Positions 1 to 40,841 of a stretch of 64,000 bases of DNA are shown piece by piece. Location: positions 1,097,577 through 1,161,576 of the forward strand of contig CAWDVR010000001.1 of NCBI GenBank assembly GCA_963805975.1, in the 5' to 3' direction. A model generated the notes under the pieces. The model searched no databases and had not been told where the DNA came from. It was given only the letters and a program-made list of their open reading frames with translations. The first letter of the stretch is position 1. The number at the start of each line of letters is the position of its first letter. Source of the DNA: an uncultured Acidobacteriota bacterium (GTDB taxonomy: Bacteria > Acidobacteriota > Thermoanaerobaculia > Multivoradales > SZUA-115). The translations under genes were made by a program, and so were the position numbers.

Positions 1-33401
<33,401 letters not shown>

Positions 33402-33464
33402 CGTTCCATTCCGTGCACCGCGAGCCCCAGGCTTCCCGCGCGCTCCCATCCCCTGGCTTCGAGC

Positions 33465-34529
33465 CTACTTCGAGGCCCTGCGGGCCCGCTTGGGCGGGGC
33501 TTTCACTTCGGGCTCGAACCAGCCCACCGAGTCAAGCCAGGCCAGGGTGCCAGTCAACCAGGGTGGATTACCGGTTCCGCCGCCGGTGGCGATCGTCCGC
33601 AGCCGCTCCTTGATCACCTTGCCTGTGCCTTCCGGCGGCATCGTGCTGTCCTCGAGGTCGAAATCGAGCAACTCGCCGCCAAGCTTCATCGGCGGGTTCA
33701 GCCGCATGAAGTTCTCGCCGAGGATCGACTTGCATTGGAAGTCGACCGCCATCATTCCGGACTCGAAGAAGGCTTCCACCAGGGCGAACGGCCGGCGCAG
33801 ATCGAGCAACCACTGTTTCCATCCCCAGGGTGCGTTCTCCACGTTGAGACCTGAGCCCGTGAGGCCTGTGCCGACGGAGAGCAGCCGGATCTCGGTCGGT
33901 CTCATCGGCTCTCCCTTGCCTCCAAGCGGGGTGCTCAATGCCTGGGCGAGCGCGCACATGCTCGGGTTGTTGGCGTAGAGCCCGCCGTCGACGAAGCCCT
34001 GGTAGATCGGGAAGAAAATCGGTCCGGCGCTCGTCCGCAAGGCGACGTCGAGGGCCGACTGGCCGAGGTCGGGCTCCCCCTTGCCGCCGAAGTTGTTGAA
34101 CACTTTCGGCTTCCAGGTCGGCACGCCACCCTTCGCCTCGCCCATCAGATCGAAGGTCGGGATCACTACGTACTGCCCTTGCGCAGCCAGGCTGCCGAGG
34201 GTGTTCGTGCCCAGCAGGGGAGTGAGGCTGTCCTTCAGGTAAGCATTGCTGCTGATCGAGAACCAGCCGCTGATCGTCGCGAAGAGCGAGCGCAGGGGCC
34301 TTCCGGCGCTCGGGCTCTGCGACCACAACGAGATCGACTGCTGCAGGCCGGACGCCCGGTCGGCTGCCGTCATCATAAGCAACGCGTTGATCCCGCCGGC
34401 GGAGGTGCCGGCAAAGGCGTCCACTTGGGCTAGGAACTCGGGCCTCTTGCGCTGGATCTGCTCGATCGCGTAGAGGGAAAAGAGTGAAAGGATTCCTCCG
34501 CCGTCCATTGCCAGGATGTTGAAGGCCAT
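33465..34529 (-). CDS. Patatin-like phospholipase / lipid acyl hydrolase
   Basis: A 354-aa ORF. It has the oxyanion-hole block MDGGGILS near the N-terminus, the nucleophile elbow GTSAGG (GxSxG), and the catalytic Asp block FVDGGLYANNP. A Shine-Dalgarno-like AAGGGAGAA precedes the ATG. Its stop is 63 nt upstream of the NRPS start. Confidence 0.85.
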   Translation of the reverse strand: MAFNILAMDGGGILSLFSLYAIEQIQRKRPEFLAQVDAFAGTSAGGINALLMMTAADRASGLQQSISLWSQSPSAGRPLRSLFATISGWFSISSNAYLKDSLTPLLGTNTLGSLAAQGQYVVIPTFDLMGEAKGGVPTWKPKVFNNFGGKGEPDLGQSALDVALRTSAGPIFFPIYQGFVDGGLYANNPSMCALAQALSTPLGGKGEPMRPTEIRLLSVGTGLTGSGLNVENAPWGWKQWLLDLRRPFALVEAFFESGMMAVDFQCKSILGENFMRLNPPMKLGGELLDFDLEDSTMPPEGTGKVIKERLRTIATGGGTGNPPWLTGTLAWLDSVGWFEPEVKAPPKRARRASK

Positions 34530-34644
34530 GGTCTGGTTCTCCCTTTCTGCCGGTGAAAAACCTTCGCCGTGAACACAATTTCCCTGACCGAGCCTGCGAA
34601 GGGGCTCGTAAGCTCGAGCTCACACGGTCCCTTGCACAAGCTTC

Positions 34645-34887
34645 CTACTCGACCTTGACCTTCTTTGAAGCCGGCTGCGGCTTCGCCTCCGCCGCCAGGT
34701 TGTCGATCGCGGCCTGGACGACCGAGGTATAGCCCTGGAGGATCGTGAGCCCCGCCTGCAGATAGGCGGCACGCAAGGTCTTGCTGGCGCTCGTTAAATC
34801 CGCGGTCTGCGGGGCGAGCTTGGAGAGCTCGGCGATCTGCTGCATCACGGTGCCAAGAATGTCGCTCGGACCACCCACCTGGCTCAT
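34645..34887 (-). CDS. Hypothetical 80-aa protein, predicted all-helical, Lys-rich C-terminal tail
   Basis: A strong RBS (GAGGAGGAG) lies 5-6 nt upstream of the ATG, which starts 12 nt after the stop of the ArsA-like gene. I see no TM segment, no Cys and no recognisable family motif. Confidence 0.6.
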   Translation of the reverse strand: MSQVGGPSDILGTVMQQIAELSKLAPQTADLTSASKTLRAAYLQAGLTILQGYTSVVQAAIDNLAAEAKPQPASKKVKVE

Positions 34888-34899
34888 GGTGCTCCTCCT

Positions 34900-36075
34900 C
34901 TACTTGAAGTCGATGCTCAGCTCGTTGCCTTCCATCCGGGCCTGCGTCGTCTTGAATTGGGCCAGGGAGCGCGGCAGGGCAACGTGGCGCTTGAAGCTGG
35001 AGATACGGACAATCAGCTCGTGCTCGTTACGCGTTAGGACAATCTCGTCCTTTTCGACGAAAGGCAGGACCATTTTCAGCCGGTAGATGCCATCCGCCTT
35101 TTCGAAACTGAACGGCGGAGCGTCGACCTGCCGTGCCGCCGGATCCTGGTCGCCGAACAGGACTCGTCCGACCTCGGCCAAGCGATCGATGCCCACCACC
35201 TCGTCGCCGAACAGAGGCACCCTGGAGACCGGGATCGGGTCGAAGTACTTCTCGATCTGAGCGGCGTAGTTCGCGTGGGTGCCCACCCAGCCCGCGAGGT
35301 ATCCCTCGGCCGAGCTGATCAAGCGATTGATGATCACGCCGTCCGTATTCATACCGTACATGCAGAAGTACGTGTAGGCTCTCTGTGTCTCACGGACAAC
35401 CATCTTCTCGGCGTTGGTCACCAGGCGCACCGAGGTGACCTCCGGGTCCTTCAGCAGCTCGTCGATCCCTTCGAGCCGCCCGAAGGCGTTCTTCAGCGAG
35501 TCGAAGTAGCTGTCCTGTGGCAAGGGATAGTCGATGAGCTTGCTGGCGATCGGACGCGCCACCTTCAGAATCGCGCGATCCGTCTTGAATCGCTTGCGAA
35601 CATACCAGTCAATCGATGTCATCAGATTGACGAAGCGCAACGATTCGCTAGTCGGTGGACAATCGACGACGATCAAGTCGTAAGTATCTTCGCGGTAATG
35701 CTGATTGATCGCCATCAACGCGATCAGATCCTCCATACCGGGCATGATGGCCACTTCCTCGGCTACGATGCCACTCATCCCCATGGAGGAGAAAAAAGCC
35801 CCGATGTAGTGATAGAGGTCTCCCCATTGCCGCTCGATCTGCTCTTGAACGTCGACCTCCTGAAGGTCGAGGTTTTCCGCCATGCGCAACGGAAGGCCCC
35901 CATGCTGATCGAACAGGCTGCAATCGAGGTTGAAGGAATCCGAGAGACTGTGAGCGAGATCGAAAGAAAGGACGAGGGTTCGATGGCCCCTTCGGGCCGC
36001 AGCAACGGCTGTCGCCGCAGCGATCGTGGTCTTGCCGACACCCCCCTTGCCGGAGACGAGGATCACGCGCTTCAC
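34900..36075 (-). CDS. ArsA/Get3-family P-loop ATPase with C-terminal HSP20/alpha-crystallin-like domain
   Basis: A 391-aa ORF with a GTG start; an in-frame TAA lies 8 codons upstream. It has the deviant Walker A SGKGGVGKTT, DLAHSLSD (ArsA DPAHSL-type block) and VVDCPPTSESLRF (DTAPTGH-type switch region). The last 75 or so residues (YRLKMVLPFVEKDEIVLTRNEHELIVRISSFKRHVALPRSL...MEGNELSIDF) have the beta-sandwich pattern of ArsA-associated HSP20-like domains. Confidence 0.8.
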   Translation of the reverse strand: MKRVILVSGKGGVGKTTIAAATAVAAARRGHRTLVLSFDLAHSLSDSFNLDCSLFDQHGGLPLRMAENLDLQEVDVQEQIERQWGDLYHYIGAFFSSMGMSGIVAEEVAIMPGMEDLIALMAINQHYREDTYDLIVVDCPPTSESLRFVNLMTSIDWYVRKRFKTDRAILKVARPIASKLIDYPLPQDSYFDSLKNAFGRLEGIDELLKDPEVTSVRLVTNAEKMVVRETQRAYTYFCMYGMNTDGVIINRLISSAEGYLAGWVGTHANYAAQIEKYFDPIPVSRVPLFGDEVVGIDRLAEVGRVLFGDQDPAARQVDAPPFSFEKADGIYRLKMVLPFVEKDEIVLTRNEHELIVRISSFKRHVALPRSLAQFKTTQARMEGNELSIDFK

Positions 36076-36160
36076 GACAACTCGCTCTGCATAGCTTTAC
36101 CTCGTGCGCAAAGATCTCTAGAGGGCCAGCAAGATACGCCTCAGCCGAAGCTTCCACGGA

Positions 36161-36188
36161 TTGCAACTTGCTCGACTGCGAGTATAGA
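36161..36188 (+). promoter_or_regulatory. Candidate sigma70-type promoter (TTGCAA - 16 nt - TATAGA) for the NTF2-like / radical SAM genes
   Basis: Found by pattern inspection only, in the 396-nt low-GC divergent intergenic region. It would give a leader of about 275 nt. Confidence 0.25.
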
Positions 36189-36471
36189 GGGATGTCGTCA
36201 GCGTGCGCAAGAGTAAATCTACCTCTCAAGCCTTGTGCAGACACTGCTTACGACTTCTGGACATCGCTCTCGGAGACGTGTACAATTCTTGCCTGCGTAT
36301 TTCGGCAAGACGTAGTAATGCACAGAGGCGTCGATGCCATACAACCGTCGGCCCTGACGGCGCTACTCTACGCCGCTCGCATAGCCTTCTCGCGGCATCG
36401 CCAAGTGCGCAGGGATGCATAAGAGGTGGGATCGATCCAATCTGTGCCAAATTAGCAACGGAGGCGAGGCC

Positions 36472-36879
36472 ATGTCGCTGGAAGACCAACTCAAGGCGAA
36501 AGAAGAGGAATACTGGAAGTTGTGGGCGGATCTCGATCAGGCAGCGTTTCTCGACCTCTTCAGTGATCGCGTCCTCGCCTGGCCCAGCGGGTTGCCTTAT
36601 CCGATGGGTAAAGATTGGTTCAAGCTTTGGACCAAGACGACCTTCGAGAACATCGAGCCCGGCACATTCAACTTCAAGCTCGGGCAGATGTACGTGCAGA
36701 TGATCGATGACACGAGCGGGATCATTTACTACGCATGGTCCTATGATGCCACCCTCAAAATGCCACCTGGCCCTCGTCATGCTTCCGGAACGCTCTCTCA
36801 CACCTGGGTTCTGGAAGAAGACTGGGCGATCATTGGCGGGACCAGTCAGGCCAATCCGACTGTAACGAGCGCCCTGTGA
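36472..36879 (+). CDS. NTF2-like (SnoaL/DUF4440-like) small protein
   Basis: 135 aa from the ATG at 36472, preceded by GGAGG 8 nt upstream; the track's longer start is 36415. The N-terminal helix followed by the C-terminal pattern GTLSHTWVLEEDWAIIGG resembles the ...T.V..K..G.WKI... strand pair of DUF4440/SnoaL folds. This is an assignment from memory of the fold pattern, not a search. Confidence 0.45.
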   Translation: MSLEDQLKAKEEEYWKLWADLDQAAFLDLFSDRVLAWPSGLPYPMGKDWFKLWTKTTFENIEPGTFNFKLGQMYVQMIDDTSGIIYYAWSYDATLKMPPGPRHASGTLSHTWVLEEDWAIIGGTSQANPTVTSAL

Positions 36880-36947
36880 GTTTGGAGGCGAAATCTCATC
36901 AGTGCTATTTCTTGCGCTGACCGCCGAATTTGACGGAGGAGATCGAC

Positions 36948-38864
36948 ATGTACAGGATCACTCTGATCAACATGCCCTTCTCGAACCTGAGTCTGCCGAG
37001 CCTGGCTCTGACTCAGCTCAAGGCGGTCTTAGAGCGCGATCTCGATGACCAAATACGGGTGCGTATTCTTTATCTGAATCACGATTTCTCGCACTATCTC
37101 GGGCTCGATCTCTATTTCCGTATCACGCATGCCGTCGAGTCGAACAACTCCGGGCTCGGTGACTGGTTGTTTCGTCAGGTCGCCTTTCCTCTCGCGAGCG
37201 ACAACATCCAGCAATACTTCCAGCGTTACTATCCCCAGCAAGAAGGTGGTCTCGACGTTCTCAAGGGAAAGATCCTAGCCAAGCGGGTGCGTCTCGGACA
37301 GTTTCTCGATCGGCTGATCGGCAACTATCAGCTGGATCAGGAGGATCTAGTCGGTTTTACTTCAATGTTCGCCCAGAACGTCGCAAGCTTGGCTATGGCG
37401 CGGAAGATCAAGGACCGGAATCCACGATGCGTCACCGTTATGGGTGGCGCCAATTGCGAAGCACCGATGGGAGCCGAGCTCGCGGCTCACGTCGAAGCGA
37501 TGGACTTCATCTTCTCCGGACCCGCGCTGGTGAGTTTTCCGCAATTCGTCCGTTATCAGATCCGTGGCGAAGTCGAGGCTTGTCGAACTCTGCAGGGTGT
37601 TTTTTGTGGCGCGAACCTCGGCTCCAAACACCTCGAGGGATCTGGGGCTATCGGGGCCGAGCTGCCGATGAACATCCCGGTGCCGCTCGACTATGACGAG
37701 TTTCTGGCGCTGTTTGAGAAGAACTTTCCTGGTGGCGACCTTCGACCCTGTCTCACCTTCGAGACCTCGCGAGGTTGCTGGTGGGGAGAGCGTTCGCATT
37801 GTACGTTCTGTGGTCTCAACGGTGGCACGATGGCTTTCCGCCGGATGCCCGCCGACGACGCAGTGGAGCTGCTGAATGGGCTCTTCTTACGTTACGGAGA
37901 TCGCTGTCCTCGCTACGAAGCAGTGGACAACATCATGCCGATCGATTACATCAAGGACGTTTTTCCTCGCCTGAAGCCACCCCCGGAAGCCACGATCTTT
38001 TACGAGATCAAAGCCAACATGAAAGAGGAAGAGCTGGAGATCCTGAAGCGGGGTGGAGTCAACGAGGTCCAGCCCGGCATCGAGTCTCTTTCGACTTCCA
38101 CCTTGAAGCTTATGCGGAAGGGCACCACGAGCTTCCAGAACATTCGTTTCCTGAAAGGTTGCCTATCCGCCAACGTACGGCCGATCTGGAATCTTTTGAT
38201 CGGTTTTCCCGGGGAGGAAGCTGGTGTATACGAGAAGTATCTAGCGGACCTTCCGCTACTCTTTCATCTGATGCCGCCGACCGGTGCCTTTCCCGTTCGT
38301 TTCGATCGCTATAGCCCATACTTCACCCACTCGGATAGCTTCCGGCTAAAGCTCTCACCCTATGATTTCTACGAGATGGTTTACCCCTTCGGAACCGACT
38401 CGCTCTACAACCTTGCCTATTACTTCGAAGACCGGAACTACAACGCGAGATATATTGATAACCTGATCCTGTGGAAAGAGAAGCTCAACACGGTTGTCGA
38501 TCAATGGCGTGCGCTGTGGAAGTCCGACAGCGTGCTTCCGAAGCCCGAGCTGTATCTCAAGCTGGCCGCTGACTCGTGCCCTGCCGTGGTCTTCGATTCA
38601 CGAAACGGCCAGAGTGGAACGGAGCACGAGATCAGCGATCTAGGCCTCCGAGTCCTCGATCTGCTTCACGTCCGAGGGATGAGGCTGACGGATCTCGAGA
38701 GGTCCGTCGATGCGACTCCGGATGACCTTGCGGGGGAGATCGACGGACTGCGTCGATCGGGGATCCTTTTCGAGGAGGATGGTCGCTGGATGAGCCTGGT
38801 TATCGACCGTGCGTCGCAGCTCGGACGGATGGAGAGCTATCAGTCGCTGCCGACTCTGGTTTGA
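36948..38864 (+). CDS. B12-binding-domain radical SAM enzyme, RiPP-maturase-like (C-methyltransferase family candidate)
   Basis: 638 aa from the ATG at 36948, with GGAGGA 7 nt upstream; the track's TTG start is 36930. The N-terminal region is B12-binding-like (DLVGFTSMFAQNVASLAMARKIKDRNPRCVTVMGGANCEAPMG). The cluster motif SRGCWWGERSHCTFCGLNG is Cx7Cx2C, at 37776-37811. The C-terminal part looks like a winged helix (LRVLDLLHVRGMRLTDLERSV..LAGEIDGLRRSGILFEEDGRW). GC content is much lower than in the flanks. Confidence 0.8.
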   Translation: MYRITLINMPFSNLSLPSLALTQLKAVLERDLDDQIRVRILYLNHDFSHYLGLDLYFRITHAVESNNSGLGDWLFRQVAFPLASDNIQQYFQRYYPQQEGGLDVLKGKILAKRVRLGQFLDRLIGNYQLDQEDLVGFTSMFAQNVASLAMARKIKDRNPRCVTVMGGANCEAPMGAELAAHVEAMDFIFSGPALVSFPQFVRYQIRGEVEACRTLQGVFCGANLGSKHLEGSGAIGAELPMNIPVPLDYDEFLALFEKNFPGGDLRPCLTFETSRGCWWGERSHCTFCGLNGGTMAFRRMPADDAVELLNGLFLRYGDRCPRYEAVDNIMPIDYIKDVFPRLKPPPEATIFYEIKANMKEEELEILKRGGVNEVQPGIESLSTSTLKLMRKGTTSFQNIRFLKGCLSANVRPIWNLLIGFPGEEAGVYEKYLADLPLLFHLMPPTGAFPVRFDRYSPYFTHSDSFRLKLSPYDFYEMVYPFGTDSLYNLAYYFEDRNYNARYIDNLILWKEKLNTVVDQWRALWKSDSVLPKPELYLKLAADSCPAVVFDSRNGQSGTEHEISDLGLRVLDLLHVRGMRLTDLERSVDATPDDLAGEIDGLRRSGILFEEDGRWMSLVIDRASQLGRMESYQSLPTLV

Positions 38865-38917
38865 GGCTCCGTTCGTCATCGCCGTGCTGCGCTCGGTTCC
38901 CCAGGCCCTCGAACCGC

Positions 38918-39290
38918 TTCACGGCCCAACTCGCAGCACTCGAGCGAAGCAAAGAGCGCTTGATCGAGGTGTACGTCTTCCAGCAGGTCATCGACGAAGG
39001 GACCTTCCGCTCCCACCTCGTAAGCTGAATGAGGACATAGCTTTAGCCAAGGCTCATGCTGCAGAGATCGAGACCGAGCCGACTGATCTCGAATCGCTCT
39101 GGGAGTTTGGTGAGCATGTAGCGACTCACGCCGGCAGCCTCTGGCAGGAGGCTCCGCTCGAACAGAAAACTGAGCCTCCAAAGGTTGATTTCCTGACAGG
39201 ACATTACGTACGGCACGGAGGGATTTCAAACAGCGCCAACCAGCCTAATTTTCAACGACTTACGTGGGCCGAAGGACGTAAAAACGGCGA
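38918..39290 (+). pseudogene. Frameshifted recombinase/integrase-like remnant abutting the tRNA 3' end
   Basis: Frame 1 reads FTAQLAALERSKERLIEVYVFQQVIDEGTFRSHLVS and stops at 39026-39028. The -1 frame continues LNEDIALAKAHAAEIETEPTDLESLWEFGEHVATHAGSLWQEAPLEQK. A further shift gives KLSLQRLIS, resembling the ...LW.EA.L.QKQRLQ.L.FP.G... tails I recall from tRNA-adjacent integrase annotations. There is no start codon and no catalytic domain. Confidence 0.3.
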
Positions 39291-39366
39291 TGGTATCCCC
39301 AACGGGATTCGAACCCGTGTTATCGCCTTGAAAGGGCGGTGTCCTAGGCCTCTAGACGATGGGGAC
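39291..39366 (-). tRNA. tRNA-Glu (anticodon UUC), CCA encoded
   Basis: The reverse complement is GTCCCCATCGTCTAGAGGCCTAGGACACCGCCCTTTCAAGGCGATAACACGGGTTCGAATCCCGTTGGGGATACCA. It folds as a 76-nt cloverleaf with a 7-bp acceptor stem (G1-U72 wobble), a GTCT/GGAC D stem, and anticodon stem CCGCC/GGCGA with one mismatch. The anticodon loop is CTTTCAA, the T arm is ACGGG-TTCGAAT-CCCGT, and the molecule ends ACCA. It closely resembles E. coli tRNA-Glu as I recall it. Confidence 0.9.
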
Positions 39367-39449
39367 GAACCGTACGCTCGCGAGCGCGATCGCGGCGAAA
39401 GAGTAGCATACGATCGAGGGGCGCGGCGGCTGCCCCGAGAGGGGATGGG

Positions 39450-40841
39450 ATGGAGGAGAGGGTCAGCGCGGCGGTCGCACCATCCGCGGAGCGTGCGGGC
39501 TTGGCGCGCCGGCTGGGCCTGTTCGACGCCACCATGATCGTCATGGGCGGCATCGTCGGTTCCGGCATCTTCATGAACCCCTACGTGGTGGCGCGCCAGG
39601 TGGGCACGCCGTTCCTGATCCTCTCCGCGTGGGCCCTCGGCGGGCTGATCGCGCTCACCGGCGCCTTCATCTACGCCGAGCTCGCGGCCCGGCGGCCCAG
39701 CGTCGGCGGCCAGTACGCCTACATCCGCGAAGCGTTCCACCCGCTGCCGGCGTTCATCTACGCCTGGAGCCTGCTTTTAGTGATCCAGACCGGCGGCATG
39801 GCTGCCGTGGCGCTCACTTTCGCGCGCTATTTTCTCGAGCTGGTGCCGCTGTCGCTCTCCGACTGGGCCGTGGCGGCGCTGGCGCTCGGCGCCTTGACGC
39901 TGGTCAACTGCCTCGGGGTCAAGGCGGGAAGCGCGGCGCAGAACGTGCTCATGGTGGCGAAGATCGTTGCCATCCTGGTGCTGATCGGCGCCGGCCTCTT
40001 CGCGGCTCCGGCGAGCCCGGTCGGCCGCGGAACCGCGAGCCCGCTCCTCGACCGGCCGCTCTCCTTCGACCTCCTGACGGCGATGGGTGCGGCCATGGTG
40101 CCGGTGCTCTTTGCCTACGGAGGCTGGCAGACCTCCTGCTTCGTTGCCGGTGAGATCCGCGAGCCGCGAAAGAACCTGCCTCGCGGCCTGCTCCTGGGCG
40201 TCACCGGCGTGGTGGTGCTCTATCTCCTGGTCAATTTCGTCTGCCTTCGGGTGCTGGGCACGGCCGGCCTGGCGGCGACCACGACCCCGGCCTCGGACGT
40301 GATGCACGTGGCCCTGGGTGCAACCGGCGGCCGGCTCATCGCCGCCGGCATCGCGATCTCGACGCTCGGGTTCCTGAGCCAGAGCATGCTCACCGGGCCG
40401 CGTGTCTACTACGCCATGGCGGCCGACGGCCTGTTCTTCGAGCAGGTGGCCTGGCTCCACCCGCGCACCCAGGTGCCGGTGGTGGCGATCCTGCTGCAGG
40501 GCACGCTGGCACTCCTGATCGCGCTCTCCGGCCAGTACGAGAGGATCCTCAACTACGTGGTATCGGTGGACTGGATCTTTTTCGGCCTGACCGCGCTCTG
40601 TGTCTTCCGGCTGCGCCGACAGGACAGGGAGAGCGGCACGCCGCGGGAAGTCCTGCAACGTATTCCCGGCCACCCGCTGACCACCGGGCTCTTCGTGCTG
40701 GCGAGCGTGCTGGTGGTGGCCAACACGCTCTATCAGTACCCGGTCGACAGCGCCGTCGGCTTGGCCATCCTCGCCGCGGGAGTGCCGGTCTATGGCTTCT
40801 GGCGGTGGAAAGGAGCGAGATGGGCTCGTCGGACTCTTTGA
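39450..40841 (+). CDS. APC-superfamily amino acid permease
   Basis: A 463-aa ORF with about 12 hydrophobic segments. The N-terminal signature is LGLFDATMIVMGGIVGSGIFMNPYVVA. Confidence 0.85.
   Translation: MEERVSAAVAPSAERAGLARRLGLFDATMIVMGGIVGSGIFMNPYVVARQVGTPFLILSAWALGGLIALTGAFIYAELAARRPSVGGQYAYIREAFHPLPAFIYAWSLLLVIQTGGMAAVALTFARYFLELVPLSLSDWAVAALALGALTLVNCLGVKAGSAAQNVLMVAKIVAILVLIGAGLFAAPASPVGRGTASPLLDRPLSFDLLTAMGAAMVPVLFAYGGWQTSCFVAGEIREPRKNLPRGLLLGVTGVVVLYLLVNFVCLRVLGTAGLAATTTPASDVMHVALGATGGRLIAAGIAISTLGFLSQSMLTGPRVYYAMAADGLFFEQVAWLHPRTQVPVVAILLQGTLALLIALSGQYERILNYVVSVDWIFFGLTALCVFRLRRQDRESGTPREVLQRIPGHPLTTGLFVLASVLVVANTLYQYPVDSAVGLAILAAGVPVYGFWRWKGARWARRTL

Noticed and set aside
33402-33467. 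The patatin gene and the NRPS are in the same reading frame, separated by a single TAG and 21 sense codons. This could suggest a read-through or ancestral fusion protein.
   Set aside because: Sharing a frame has a 1-in-3 chance expectation. The NRPS has its own ATG(s), and nothing in the sequence (no recoding signal that I can see) supports read-through.
36140-36175. Partial similarity of cttccacggattgcaacttg to the tRNA 3' region (ccccaacgggattcgaaccc), as a possible att-site direct repeat marking the island's left end.
   Set aside because: Only about 14 of 20 positions match, and gaps are needed. That is not distinguishable from chance by eye.
36168-36422. 84-aa Cys-containing ORF in the divergent intergenic region, as a candidate precursor peptide.
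   Set aside because: It has a TTG start, no usable RBS (the internal ATG is directly abutted by AGAGGG), no leader-like features, and an equally long ORF lies antisense to it. I cannot support it from the sequence.
36820-36879. Gly-Gly motif 12 residues before the C-terminus of the 135-aa protein upstream of the radical SAM gene (..WAIIGG/TSQANPTVTSAL), as a possible leader/core junction of a RiPP precursor.
   Set aside because: The GG sits inside what looks like the last beta-strands of an NTF2-like fold (T.V...E..W.I..). The protein shows no resemblance to NHLP/Nif11 leaders, so it is more likely an enzyme or scaffold than a precursor.
38809-39537. 242-aa plus-strand ORF spanning the end of the radical SAM gene, the tRNA and the permease start.
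   Set aside because: It reads straight through the antisense of a well-formed tRNA-Glu and overlaps two supported genes. It is an artefact, although part of its frame contributes to the recombinase-like remnant.
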